From: Oculina patagonica
Taxonomy: Eukaryota
NCBI RefSeq assembly: GCF_052425735.1
Contig: NC_135765.1
Location: 32,674,001-32,738,000 of the forward strand
Length of the DNA: 64,000 nucleotides
Direction of reading: 5' to 3'
Position numbers and translations under genes: made by a program. Below the pieces are notes generated by a model. The model was not told the DNA's origin, searched no databases, and worked only from the letters and a program-made list of their open reading frames with translations. Positions 12,030 to 24,537 of this stretch are shown here, piece after piece; positions within the stretch are counted from its first letter, which is position 1; each line of letters begins with the position of its first letter.

Positions 12030-12193
12030 TTAACGAGGTTCACTAAAATGTCATGAGCGCTATTGTAGCACTTGATTCTGGCCGGAATATCTAGATAGGA
12101 AATACCAAATATATAGATATTTGATTTACTTTTTGATATATAGATATTGATTTACTCCACACCGATAATAAGTTAACTTATTTGATCGTCTTA

Positions 12194-12420
12194 CAGTGCA
12201 ACTACTCCAACCAAGGCCACCCAAGCAATTTTTTTTTGCAAATTTACCAATAGTGTTTAAGTGTTAAAACGAAAAATAAGGTCATAAATTTATTGCTTCT
12301 GTAGTGTGCAGCTTGCTTAGATTGACAACTTGTTGCAAATCTATTTTTAACGTCTGAGGTTTTCATTTATCAATCTGCACAAAAGTTTGTCATGTGGCCT
12401 TGGTTGGAGTAGTCACACAG
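12194..12420. mobile_element. Tc1/mariner-like MITE at the duplication breakpoint (copy at ~22146-22371)
   Basis: TA|CAGTGCAACTACTCCAACCAAGGCCAC ... GTGGCCTTGGTTGGAGTAGTCACACAG imperfect TIRs. Confidence 0.6.
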
Positions 12421-13135
12421 CACTATGACCTTTGGTAATGGTATGAGAGTGGTGTGATGGTGGTGTGATCGGCTGTGTGGGGACGGGTACCAAACTCTTG
12501 CAATGCAAGCGGGAAAAAGTGAATTAAAATGCAAAAAAGAAAACTTTACAGACGTGAACCTACGTCCACGAAACAAGGGATTTTGTAAAATTCGTTCAAA
12601 TCTGATGGAATTTTAGGTCACAGACAAAATACGGATCAATTTGTTTCAAAAAAGGCAAAATTAGAATGTCGGGCGTGCCGAAACGGTCACGTGAAGTATT
12701 GCGTGATTGAGGAGTCAGACAACAAGCTCATTTACAAAAACTGTTTTAATTTTCCAAATAAATTTACATTTTGTAGTTGTATATGATTCTTATAATTCCA
12801 AAGTTACTTTTCTTTACGTAAAACAAAATCAATAACGTGGAAATGATAGTTTTCGATTTTAACTGTATCGCAAGTTGCATAATCATGATCTTATTTATGT
12901 ATTTGACTGTTCTTTATTTATAATGTTCAGTACGTAGCACTGTATTAAATCACACTCTGCTTCGCTGAAATCTTCACCAAAACTTAAGAATTATATTTAA
13001 AATTAACAGTCTATGCATGTAGTTAGCCAAGGTCCACTTTTTTTAGTTCACATGTCGAGGCAGCGTCTAGAAATTGAAATCAGTTTCAAATGTTACGAGT
13101 TTCCGATTCGCTCGATGCAACCATCGAACACTTTA

Positions 13136-13604
13136 TCACTCAGCGATTTTCGCCGGGAATTGGAAACAAATAACATCGTTGCCGTCTGGGAGTTTGAGGT
13201 CCATCTGTGCAACGAGCTCTGTATCAGGAAATACTTTCTGTATGGCCAGGGTAATGATCAAGGTGTATTCTTGCCCAGCTTTCAGGGGACACTTAAGATT
13301 GTGGCCTGTGCAAGCTTTTGGCTGAGGCAACGGAAATTTCACACGCGATTCCTCTAATAATCCCGTAAGTCTCCAGGGTTCCATTCGTGACTGTAACGGA
13401 CGGAGTGAACTTGATTGTAGCAGTAACATTGGTTCCTTTGTGGAAAACGCACGGTAGTTCTGGACAAGGATTGATATCCACCGAGGACAGCTTTCCGTAC
13501 TCCTTAACGTCCTTACAGGGTTTGTATTCGACAGGGACTGCCAAAGCGCTAGAAAACGCCAAGAGACATAAGAACAGGATGACTGTTGCTTTGTAAACGG
13601 CCAT
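13136..13604 (-). pseudogene. NPC2: NPC2 copy 2, intronless, +1 frameshift near 13345 (pseudogene or consensus error)
   Basis: Nearly identical to copy 1; 469 nt versus 468 nt; ACACGCGATTCC versus ACACGGAATCC splits it into ORFs 13293-13604 and 13136-13645. Confidence 0.8.
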
Positions 13605-14296
13605 GTTGCCCGTCTTTTTGCACGTCTGAACAGCTTGCTGTTCAAGTCAATATGAAGATATTAAAATGTTCTTCAGGTGTATGTAGTGCTTGCGTGACAC
13701 CCCATGACAGTTTTGCTGCTATGCAAAATGCCATATAAGGCAAGGAGGAAGTGAAAACTGCACTTTTGGTCTTTTGCACTATGATTGTTGGACTTTCTAA
13801 AAGTCGTTCGCTTCTCATTTCCGGTTTGGTGGATCAGAGGCCCCGTCCACACTTATCCGAAATTTGAAAACGGAGTTTTCGCCTCGTAAACGGATGGATA
13901 AAATGTTTTCCGTTCACACCATCGTTTTCGTATCATTTTCAATAATTTCACCGTCCACACTAATCCGGATAAGTTTAAAAACGAAATTGCGGCATCTACC
14001 CCCTTATGCATGCGTATATTACTCGAGCACGCACTAGATAAAAATTCAAATAAGGGGGCCGGGGTTTAAGGTTTTTGTCGACGCCGGGGAAAGCTTTTAA
14101 CCGGCGTTTTCAAATTTCTCCTTTCTGGACTGAGACCACTACGAAAACCTCCGTTTTCGGTGACAGAAAACGCCGTTTTAGTGTGGACGATTTGCCAAAC
14201 CGGAGAAAAAAAATTTAAAGATGCGTTTTCAAATTTTTCCGGATTACCCCGGGACCTAGATGGCGCTCGCCAAGGTCAACCTGGAAGTGCGCGTGA

Positions 14297-17200
14297 TAGT
14301 CAGGTGCCCAGGAGTCCAAAATGTGACACCCACGGGCATTTTTGTCTGATTTTTGGCAACATAGCCATTTGTACTAAATCGAGTACGCTGATTTCGAAAA
14401 TCAATGTTGCCAAGCTTAATTCTTGCGTTAAGATGATGTTTTGATGCATTTAATTATGACGTCATGGTCCAAATAAGGAATTTTCTTTCCTTTAGCTATT
14501 TTAAGGTCGCGGGGGACACCTTAGGCTCATCATTATGCGTTTATTTAAAGCGTATGCACGAAGTACAACGACTGACATCGAGAAGTTTACGAGATATTTA
14601 TGACTGGACAAAAATATGGGCGCGTGCGCGTGATTTGTAAAAAATCCCTGTTTCTTTGATATTTTAACCAATTTAAAACAACACTTAGCGATATACGTTT
14701 ATATAGATTGTAGGAAGTCTTTGAGCTTATTTTCATTTAAATTTGAATATTTCTGCAACTCAGTAATCACAAAAATATTCGGCATAAACAATCGTGTCCT
14801 TTTTAAAAACGCTTTGTTCTCGCCATAAAAGCGTGGAATATAATTACCATAATTACATCTCTCTTTGGCAAAATGATCGTATTTAGTTCGGGACACCTTC
14901 GGAAATCTCAAAGTTTGGACTTTTCCGACAATTTTGTGGCAGAGAATACAGCACGGATACAGAACTTCAAGACTTGCCACTGCAGATAGGTAAACTATGA
15001 ATTCTGTAGTGTGTCATAACAGAAGCGGAATTTTAAAAGAGCGCTTTTAGAAAGAGGTAGAAGACATTAAATTCAAATTCGCGCACTTAAACAGCCATAA
15101 CCTGCAGGCAAACTTTAAATTAAAAAATCCGCTTCTGTTATGACACTCTAGAAGTACTGACTGATTAGTTTTTGACAAGATCACAGTGTGCTGTCTTCTA
15201 CTCGTTCCGCAAACTCTGCCACAAAATCACGTTTTTCCCAATTTGGCACTAACGAGGCTATAACATCGCCGTTAAATGAAATCTGCCAAATAAAAGATGA
15301 CATTCACAATCTTTCGTCATTTCTTTATGTCTCTGTAAAATTTGAGCTTAATCACACCCATAACAGCTGAGAAATAAGCGTCTTAAAAGATGCAGGTCAA
15401 GAAAAATTTCCCTTCAGGAATTTATTCATGCTGTTGGTATCCCCCACGACCTTAAGCATAATTCATCCAGAAGTTCGTTCAAAACATTATTAGTATACTG
15501 TAAAATGATTTTAAGAATTTGCCTGATAGTTTTTATACCGTTTCTATGAATATCAAGCCGTCTTGTGGGAATTGACCACGCCCTCTCATAAAAAATCACT
15601 TTATCACGGGTATAGTGTTAACATTTTGTTTAAAAATGAATGTAATTCTTGTATTAATAAAAAGTAGTAATTGAATTGCTCCACAAACATCAGCGATGTT
15701 TGACATACACCATAACGACTGCTTTTATCCACAAAGAGAGTGGCAAGGAGAGACAGAAGCAAGATAATGAAGCTGATAATTCTGTACATTCCACACAACA
15801 AAATCCGGGTTGTTCTTGTCACGGACAAATGAGACATTGCAAAAAATTGTCAAGAAAGATCTCGTGACTCTAGAAATAAAACAAGATCTTTCGATTGGAT
15901 AGACTCAGCTTGAACGATTCGTGGAATGGAGGCTACTATCTTCAGACAGAGAGGAAGAACGGGAACGGGAAGAAGGGATGGAAGACAAACTTTCGTGACC
16001 CTGTTCGCAAGAATAATCCACCTCTATTTGCCAGCCTTTATGAAGTTAAAAGTGCTGCAACTAGCGGCAAAAAGAGAAAGACTTTAAATTTGCATGGAAA
16101 CCAGAGTATTCTATGTTGTCTAGTCGCGGTGTATGAAGGCAGGCGCGAGATATTCATGCAAGCCATATTGTAGCATCTGAGGTATAATGCCGGTGCCACT
16201 GTTTCTCGCAGAAATGAACCCCACAAGTGTGAAACAAGTCAATTTTAGAAGACGTTCTCAGAAGAAAAGGTCAAGTGCCTATCTAGAGTCAGTTTGTTCT
16301 TCGATGGCTTCGCCCTGGTGGCAGCATACTAATTATGGTGGCAGCTATTGGCAAACCAAAAAATGCAAATGCTTTCGGTGGGTTTGCGAAATGTTACGTA
16401 AACACTGTTTTACGGAAAGGTCCTAGATACCAGAGGATTGATGTGTTACTCGATGGGAGGCACTCCATAAAAGCAACGACAAGAAGTCGACGCTCCGAGA
16501 ACACGGCGCGGCCTGTGAGCAGAGTCATTGAAGTACGTAAGAGAGGTTCAGTTGCGGCCGATGAAGTGGCGAGCATTTTTGGCACTAGAAGACAACAAAG
16601 CGGACTTTGCACGGATTCTCTCAGATGAACTTATCTCGTAGGCACTGACTCTGCAATCGTAGTATATCTGGTGGTTTTTCATACGAAGTGGATTCTGCTC
16701 AGATTCTGGCCTAGATGTAGCCTTTTTGAGATCCAACCAAGAGGAAGCCGATACGAAGTTTGTTCGTTATGCAGTCAGTCATAGCGGGCATGTCGACAAC
16801 ATTACAGTTTCCACTCTCCTGGCACATCGATCGCGCTAAGCTCTCGTCAACAGTGTGGATATGGGCAGGAACTTCAGAGAATCTAACGTAAATAACTTTA
16901 GAGGATGTCTCAGCAAATCTTCCTAATAACTCGTCAAGTTCATTGTTACCATCTCACACCATCACCGGCTGTAACAACACCTCTTTCATCTGTGGAGAGT
17001 TATCACAGAAAAATTTGTTCTTCTCTACTCGGTCGGCGAAGATGTCCTCAAAGCTGACACCACTACCTCCGCAGAAAACGTTTATTTGTTGAATGTATGA
17101 AATCCGATCTGACCACTGGCTATATATGTGCCTCTTCGCTATGAATTTAAATAAACGCATGCCATGTGCACTGGGCTGTGTGGATGCACCAAGACCGACG

Positions 17201-18119
17201 CTAATTGCTATATCAAACTGCGCTAAAGCGCTTTAAAGAAACTTGTTTAAAAAGCAATATTAGTTCAGTGTTTTTAAAAAAGTTCAGAAGATATATTAAA
17301 AATATTTACCGATATTGATTAAAAATATTATAGACAGATTTAAACCTGAAAGCAAGGAGCAATGTTATGATCATTTTAAATTCGTTAATTTTACATGCGT
17401 TCAACCAAAGTCTTTATCATGAGCCTATAACAGACAAAGTGCATTGTGAAATAAGTTAGATTCAGCAATATACAAGACAATCAATAAAGTTTTATCTCTA
17501 ACTAAAACAACGATGATATAAATTATTACGACATTAACTATGATGTTATTTTCATTTAGTTTACCACAAAACTTAAACAAAATGCAGAAACAAGGGAAAC
17601 TCGATATATGAAAATTGTAATGGCGTCATTTTTGATGCTCGCTAGCTCTTAGCTTCAGCGTGGCACGACGACCATATTTTTCTTTCTTATTGCAACTATA
17701 GCGAAATATCGCATTTGTTCTTTGACAAAATAACAAAACTACACCCGTGATAAGGTTCCCGCGATATGGTGAATTTTGTTTTAAGAGGGCGTGGTCAATT
17801 GTCACTGAAGGGCTTGATTTTCACAGAAACAGCGTAAAAACTCTCAGAAAATTCTTGAAATCATTTTTACAGCACACTAACAATGCTTTAAATGAATTTC
17901 TGGATGTATGCTTAAAATAGCTAAAGGAAAGAAAATTCCTTATTTGGACCATGACGTCATAGTTAAATGCATCAAAACATCATCTTAACGTGAGAATTAA
18001 GCTTGGCAACATTGATTTTCGAAATTAGCGTACTCGATTTAGTAAAAATAGCAATGTTGCCAAAAATCAGACAAAAATGCCCGTGGGTGTCACATTTTGG
18101 ACTCCTGGGCACCTGACTA
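14297..18119 (+). mobile_element. Academ-like DNA transposon, internally deleted and decayed
   Basis: TAG...CTA termini; ~330-bp TIRs; 3-bp TSD TGA (14294-14296, 18120-18122) confirmed by the empty site GCGTGAGGTT at ~9461. Residual motifs SNQEEADTKFVRYAV (16732-16776), HTITGCNNTSF (~16955-16990) and CTGLCGC (~17168). Confidence 0.8.
14505..15451. mobile_element. Kolobok-like MITE, copy 2, nested in the left TIR of the Academ-like element
   Basis: TTAA TSD at 14501-14504 and 15452-15455; inverted homologue of 6425-7355; the right Academ TIR shows the uninterrupted site. Confidence 0.85.
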
Positions 18120-18676
18120 TGAGGTTTAATACAGCAAGCTGCAGCGTTGCGATTCAAGGGGAAAACCTTTTTTGAGCAGGGTATAGAGAACGTTCGTGAT
18201 CTGTGAAAAATTGACGCGCGTATTAAACTCAGCAAGGTTTACAGAGTTTAGACAGTTAAGTAATATTTTGTAGAAGTGCATCTTTTCCGTAAATAATTCC
18301 TAGTGTTGCCGCCATCTGGTCCTTAGCTTTCTGTACGACTTATCCCTGAAGACATGTTAAGAGACATTTGAAACCGTCGTACGGTAAAACAAAAACATCA
18401 AAAAGCGGAATTCGAGCGTGTGTGGGACAAAGAAATCAAACTTTTAAGCGATAGATTTTTTTTCTTTTATTCGCGAAACGTAGATAATCGTCAATAAAAG
18501 TGATCCGTCGAAAAAAAAGTAAGGGTCACCAACCATTTAAGAGAACAAACTGTTGTTCTCTTATGTCGTATGTCTCTTATGTCGTATCTCTCTCGTATGT
18601 TTTGCAAGCGCAAAACATACGAGAGTTTCTGTATCATAATTTTTTTTGCAGAGCGAGTCTAAAGGAAAGAGATCAA

Positions 18677-18979
18677 TATACTAGAGACGGATGATCCGTC
18701 TGGACGAACTTGCATTTTAATTAAACGAGCATTTTTCAGTTCGTGCGATAATTCGTCTATGTATAAATACGGGCAAACAGACGGATCATCCTTCCAGACC
18801 AACTATCTTCATAATTCGTCTTGGCAGACGAATTATGAAGATAGTTGGTCTGGACCGATAATCCGTCTGTTTGCCCGTATTTATACACAGACGAATTATC
18901 GCACGAACTGAAAAATGCTCGCCTAATTAAAATGCAAGTTCGTCCGGACGGATCATCCGTCTTTAGTATAAATCGGGCC
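18677..18979. mobile_element. Foldback MITE (Harbinger-like right end, left end clipped)
   Basis: Near-perfect palindrome centred on CGTCTTGGCAGACG (~18823); ends ATAAATCGGGCC. Confidence 0.7.
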
Positions 18980-20280
18980 AATGTGAAACTGCCAAAAGTA
19001 GTAAACAGACTTCAAGTTCAATAAGATTTCGCATCGCCATACAGTTTTCATATTTTCAACGGCATTGAAAAAAAAAAAAAACGAATGATAGAATAATTAG
19101 TCAAAATAAGCAACGATAATTTTAAAAAGCATTTGTGGCAGTTTCAAGATAAGAACGTCCTTAAAATTCATTTTAACTCCCATTGGAACAAAACTATATT
19201 TTATATTGAGCTAAAACCGTCCTTTATCCGCCATACAGCGCCGAAGATATTATCGCTGGGTAGGAGGTTGGAAATTCACGAGGATGGCCAAAGCGCAAGC
19301 CGTGAGAATATTGTCAATATTGTGTGGGCGCGTAATTAATTCAGTAGATCGCGGAGCTGTATTTAGCTCTAAACAAATGCAGATAATTTATGCGCAACAA
19401 ACCGGGAAACGACACTTTCGCTCGTTAAATGTTTCTTAATAGCGGTACAATTATATCTCTCAGAAGAATATGCTTCTGTATCTTTACACTTCAACTGAAG
19501 AAAATAAAACCTTACAGATTCTTAGCGTTTAAAATAGAATTTAGAATTTCCACCGAGCCATCGACATCACCTGATTATTTTAATTGTTGGTGTATTTCGC
19601 CCAGTAGTTAATTAATAAGTGTTCTGTTTAAATGTTTAGTTTCCTTTAATAGTGTAATACTACTTTTAATACTGTATTAATTATTCAATTAGTAATAATC
19701 CATTGTAAAAAAAAAAAGAAAAAAATACAATTGCAAACCGCACAAATTGCCTTGGTGCGTAATGAAGTAGATCTCGATCGAGTGTACATTTCGTAGGACA
19801 TAATCCGCTCGCATTTCAAGTGACTACTCTCAAAACTTAAAATATTTTTTGATAAATTACTTGTAGACAATCTTCATGCTAGGGAAAATGGCGATTTGGG
19901 CAACTTGTATATGAACAATATATCATTCACAACGCATTGAAGGCAACGGAAATGAACGAACGATCAATAATCCTTGAAAAGACAAAACTCCCAACCGACT
20001 ATAAATGACACCCCAAGCACGGAAGGTTTTGTCGGAATAAACAGAACTCATTTTTAACTATTTTACTTCATGGTATTCCTATGTAACTTGTATTTTTCAG
20101 TAGCAACAAAAAGTGTCAAAAAAGCCCTTTCAGTGCAGTGCAAATTCAATGATAGTCAATCTCTCTTTGGTTAGAAAGTAAAGGCAGCTGTCGCGTTTGT
20201 TTTGGACCGTTCTTCATTAGCAAGTATAAAGAAACACTATGGTCTCAAAAACAGCTGGTTGGGTGTTAGTCATCCAGCAA

Positions 20281-20957
20281 GGCATGTACTAAAACCAGGA
20301 ACACCGGAACACCACGGAACACCAAGAACACCCTGGAACATCGTAATTTTATCAGAATTTTTTTTAGGAATTTGACGGTATTTTAGCGGCATATACTAAA
20401 ACTCGAAATGAACAATAGCTTTCGACTCCGGTTTGCTTGCGGTTAGTTCCACTCTGGTCTGCTTGCGGTTAGCGTTCACTCAGGTTTGCTTGCGGTTAGC
20501 TTTCATTTGTTGGTTAGGTTTAGTTTCGTTAAGCTTCGTTTATTTCGGCAGTTACTAAAACCCGAAATGACAAAACCACCGAAACAAAACGAAACCTAAC
20601 CAACAAATAAAAGTTAACCGCAAGCAATCCTGCGTGAAAGCTAACCGCAAGCAGACCAGAGTGGAACTAACCGCAAGCAAACCGAAGTGGAACTAACTGC
20701 GCGCAAGCAAACCGGAGTGAAAGCTAGCCATTTCGTTTCACTTCGTTTCGGATTTTAGTATATGCCGCTATAAAATACCGTCAAATTCCTAAAAAATTCT
20801 GATAAAATTTCAGTGTTCCGTGGTGTTCCGGGATGTTCCGTGGCCATGGTGTTCCGGGGTGTTCCGGATGTTCCGTGGTGTTTCGTAGTGTTCCGTGGAG
20901 TTCCAGAGTGTTCCGGTGTTCCGTGGTGTTCCGGTGTTCCTGGTTTTAGTACATGCC
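20281..20957. mobile_element. Mutator-like foldback element, 9-bp TSD
   Basis: GGCATGTACTAAAACCAGGAACACC ... GGTGTTCCTGGTTTTAGTACATGCC; TSD (A/G)TCCAGCAA; empty site GTCCAGCAAAGAC at ~10998 in unit 1. Confidence 0.8.
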
Positions 20958-22489
20958 GTCCAGCAAGACTTTTTTTTTATCGCGGAAAAGATTGTTCAAT
21001 TTTTTTGGCATGCTTCAAAATTTGTTTGCGTTTTACAACGTGACCGATTTTGCTAAATTACGGCGAGAATATGTACAAATGTTCAAGTGTAGTTAGTTGA
21101 ATACAAGATCATTTGTGCTTTTTAATTTTCCATTCAATGATACAACATCAGATGAATTAATTAAGCATTAAATATAAACTTCCACGAGCGCAAGCTTTTA
21201 ATTTATACAAAATTTCCATTTCTCCTACGTAATACACTTTTTTTTTTACAAATCTGCCGACCCCGTGGGCTTCTCTAAGATGACCAGAAGCACCACTCTC
21301 GTTCAAAAGAAATCATTGTGTGCTTTCGCCACATATATACATATGTTTTGCTTTTCACCGCCAATCCGCTTTACGTTTCTCTTCTGTAGGCATGTTATTC
21401 GAGAGAACGATTCAGTAAACGTCTAAATAAACTGGCCACGGTGAAATGCAGATGGAATTTGAGGTTTTGCTCGAGGCGAAATTTCAATACAGTCGAACCT
21501 CTCCTTAAGGACACCTCCATATGTTACGGACAGTTTTCTTGGTCACAGAGAAACCAAAGTTCATATATATAATCTCAATCTCTATAATACGGACACTTTG
21601 GCTCTTCACCTATACTGTTCATATTAAAGGTACTGTGTCACGGATTTTTGCCAAATTTAGGCATCAAATTCGGTGAAATATAAAAATAATCTCTTAAAAC
21701 AGTGAAAGGACATTTCAATAACACAGCAAATACAAAAGAAGGTAAGGATGGCCAAAAGTGGCGAAGGTTGAAACGGATTGCAAAATGGGTTTTAAAAATA
21801 TTGTTGGGCTGAACAGTTTTCAAAGTTAGTCTCGTTTGCTTGTAACTTTCAATTGTAACGCCCGTGAGACACAATTGGTTGCAATGAAGCTATGGTTTTG
21901 TCATTTTTTTCCACAGGAGTAATCTCTTTGCAAACATTAAATTTCATGGCAAGTATTTGGCAAAACTTGACACAGTCCCTTTAACGAGGTTCACTAAAAT
22001 GTCATGAGCGCTATTGTAGCACTTGATTCTGGCCGGAATATCTAGATAGGAAATACCAAATATATAGATATTTGATTTACTTTTTTGATATATAGATATT
22101 GATTTACTCCACACCGATAATAAGTTAACTTATTTGATCGTCTTACAGTGCAACTACTCCAACCAAGGCCACCCAAGCAATTTTTTTTTGCAAATTTACC
22201 AATAGTGTTTTAAGTGTTAAAACGAAAAATAAGGTCATAAATTTATTGCTTCTGTAGTGTGCAGCTTGCTTAGATTGACAACTTGTTGCAAATCTATTTT
22301 TAACGTCTGAGGTTTTCATTTATCAATCTGCACAAAAGTTTGCAGGTGGCCTTGGTTGGAGTAGTCACACAGTTACCTTGCAAATTCAGTTAAATAAAGT
22401 TTGCATATATCGAGTATCTTAGTCTTTCCACATGTCCGATACTTAGAATTTCTTAAGGCAAAAATGTCGAACAGTGTAGTTCTTAATAA

Positions 22490-22640
22490 ACATGAATTGT
22501 TCAACAAAGACATGAGCATGGGACAAACGGAAAAAATCTGAGTCCTCGACGGGAATCGAACCCATGGCCTCCCAGATACCGGTTGGGCGCTCTAACCAAC
22601 TGATCATGAGCTTCAAGAGACTCGTGGTGAGTGTAGCTCT
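22490..22640 (-). mobile_element. tRNA-derived SINE-like repeat just downstream of the GPCR stop
   Basis: Minus strand TCAGTTGGTTAGAGCG (A box-like) and GGTTCGATTCCC (B box), followed by a non-tRNA tail; no intact acceptor stem. Confidence 0.65.
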
Positions 22641-22662
22641 TGTTACGTCAAGAGAGTTCACT

Positions 22663-24537
22663 TTACAGTTTCAGTAACTTTCTGAGTGCTTTCCGGAACT
22701 CCTGTTTTCGAATGGAGTAGATGATGGGATTGCAGACCATGCTCAACGAGTAAACCCAGTGGATAGTTAAAATGGCTTGTACAGAAGGGACGCCATCTGC
22801 TACACGATACATTGCCATGATCCACGTCGGTAGGTAACACAAGACGAATGCTCCAATTATGATCATGACATCTCTAGCTGCTTTGCCTTCTTTAAGCAAC
22901 TTTGCAAGCCTCATCTGGGTCTTGCCAGGAGGTTGTAGCTGTTTTTGTGTATGGTTTTCGTTTGGCTGGACGCTGTCACCTTGAGGAAGGCACTCGGTGT
23001 TTTGAGGTGTGGGATCTTCGGAGTGGTTGTCCTGGAATGGTCCGTGTAAAACGGAGTTCATGACGCAGTTTTCTTTAACGGAATTCACAGGACATGATGG
23101 TATTTCAGTGAGGGCTTTTTCGTGATCGGCTATATGGGTCTCAAATTTGGGACTGATTTTCGCTTTCCTTACTGAATGACGCTTCTGGCCCTCTTCTCGA
23201 GATGGTCTCTCGCTTTGGGAGCCATTAGCTTCTTCCATTCCATTAGCATCTTCCGTGATGATTTGGTCAAAAGACAATTGCTGGATGAAACCACTTCTTT
23301 CTTTCGATGTTTGGACTTCATACTCTGTTCCCCCCTGCGAACAGTTGCAAACTTCCAAGGTTCCGTACCGGCTTTGAAGAGATGATTGGTTGTCTTCAGC
23401 ACTTAGGTGGACCTGGATGTCCTTTTTTGCCAACGCGTCTTCTCGATCAAATTCCACCACATGGTGCCGAGTGTGTTGTGTTTTCTTCCAATCAAGAGAT
23501 TTTTTTCCTCTTGAACGTCCACGTCCCACAGTTTTCTTGTTAATCGTGTTTGGGCAGTCCTCCCTAGTCTTAACAGAGTGTCGGTTGTTACGCTTGTTTG
23601 TCAGGCTGTATGATCGACTTTGGGCCACACGTGTGCTTCCACTCTCATCACAGACCACCTCTTCCTGGTAAATTGTTTCAATGGCGTCGTCCGGTTCTGA
23701 CTGGTATGCGGCGTTTTCTTCACCTTGCACTTCAGTGCCGTGATTCAGTGGAATACTACGATGCATCATGTTCCGTATCTGACGCGTGTTTCTAACACGA
23801 TGTTCACCATTGTCAATTCCTGTTCCTTCTTCTTTTTGCCTTGAGCGTCGTCGGACGCGATCTTCACGCTGGCTTTCTGTGGAGCACTGCTGATGTTGGT
23901 GCGGGCCATCTGGCGTCTTGTTCTGGGCTTCGATCAGGCCTTGATTTATTATTTCAACGCTGTTTTGAAGGCGAAGGACAACTTTGAGCACTTTGTAGTT
24001 AAGGAAGAAGATGGCTCCAAGTGGCAAAACAAATGTAGCGATGGATAGCGGAATGGTTGTTGGACCGTCCCATTTCTGCTCACATGCGAAAATGTCTGGG
24101 TTGTACACATAGGCTCCCCATCCGATGAACGGGCCAAGAGAGATAAGCGCTGGCAGAATCCACAGCATAACCATGTTTAGAGAGGCTCTTTTCATTGTGA
24201 TGTTGCTGCTGTAGGTTAGAGGTCTTCTGACAATGGCGTTGTATCGTTCGTAAGACACAGCGCACAGGTGGAACACTGTAATGAGATGGAGCACTCTGAA
24301 GGCGAAGGCTACGCCATGACACCAAGTTGTACCAAAGATCCATTCTTCCACAGCAGTGGCAACAGCACGATTACCTACCAATACCGCCATTAGCAAATCA
24401 GAAAGCGCCAAGCTGGCCAACAGGAGGTATCTCATGTTGTGGAAGTCTCGATACAAAGTTACCACGAGTAAAACGAACAGATTTCCAACGAAAGCCACAA
24501 CCGCGTTCAGACTGTAGATCACCGCAAACACTATCAT
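22663..24537 (-). CDS. Class A (rhodopsin-family) orphan GPCR with very long third intracellular loop, single exon, ~624 aa
   Basis: GN (TM1), LALSD, WIFG..WC, ERY, W..P, ECL2 Cys, CYLP, NPIIY, helix 8 EFRKAL. First ATG at 24537; the ORF-track start at 24564 is TTG. Confidence 0.9.
   Translation of the reverse strand: MIVFAVIYSLNAVVAFVGNLFVLLVVTLYRDFHNMRYLLLASLALSDLLMAVLVGNRAVATAVEEWIFGTTWCHGVAFAFRVLHLITVFHLCAVSYERYNAIVRRPLTYSSNITMKRASLNMVMLWILPALISLGPFIGWGAYVYNPDIFACEQKWDGPTTIPLSIATFVLPLGAIFFLNYKVLKVVLRLQNSVEIINQGLIEAQNKTPDGPHQHQQCSTESQREDRVRRRSRQKEEGTGIDNGEHRVRNTRQIRNMMHRSIPLNHGTEVQGEENAAYQSEPDDAIETIYQEEVVCDESGSTRVAQSRSYSLTNKRNNRHSVKTREDCPNTINKKTVGRGRSRGKKSLDWKKTQHTRHHVVEFDREDALAKKDIQVHLSAEDNQSSLQSRYGTLEVCNCSQGGTEYEVQTSKERSGFIQQLSFDQIITEDANGMEEANGSQSERPSREEGQKRHSVRKAKISPKFETHIADHEKALTEIPSCPVNSVKENCVMNSVLHGPFQDNHSEDPTPQNTECLPQGDSVQPNENHTQKQLQPPGKTQMRLAKLLKEGKAARDVMIIIGAFVLCYLPTWIMAMYRVADGVPSVQAILTIHWVYSLSMVCNPIIYSIRKQEFRKALRKLLKL

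Larger units (their letters stand above)
7431..22371. repeat. Tandem segmental duplication of the NPC2 locus (unit 1 7431-12420, unit 2 12421-22371)
   Basis: Both units start CACTATGACCTTTGGTAATGG and end GGCCTTGGTTGGAGTAGTCACACAG. They are largely colinear; unit 2 is longer because of private insertions. Confidence 0.9.

Noticed and set aside
22530-22605. tRNA gene
   Set aside because: A/B boxes are present but there is no closed acceptor stem, and it runs into repeat-like tail sequence; treated as SINE-derived.
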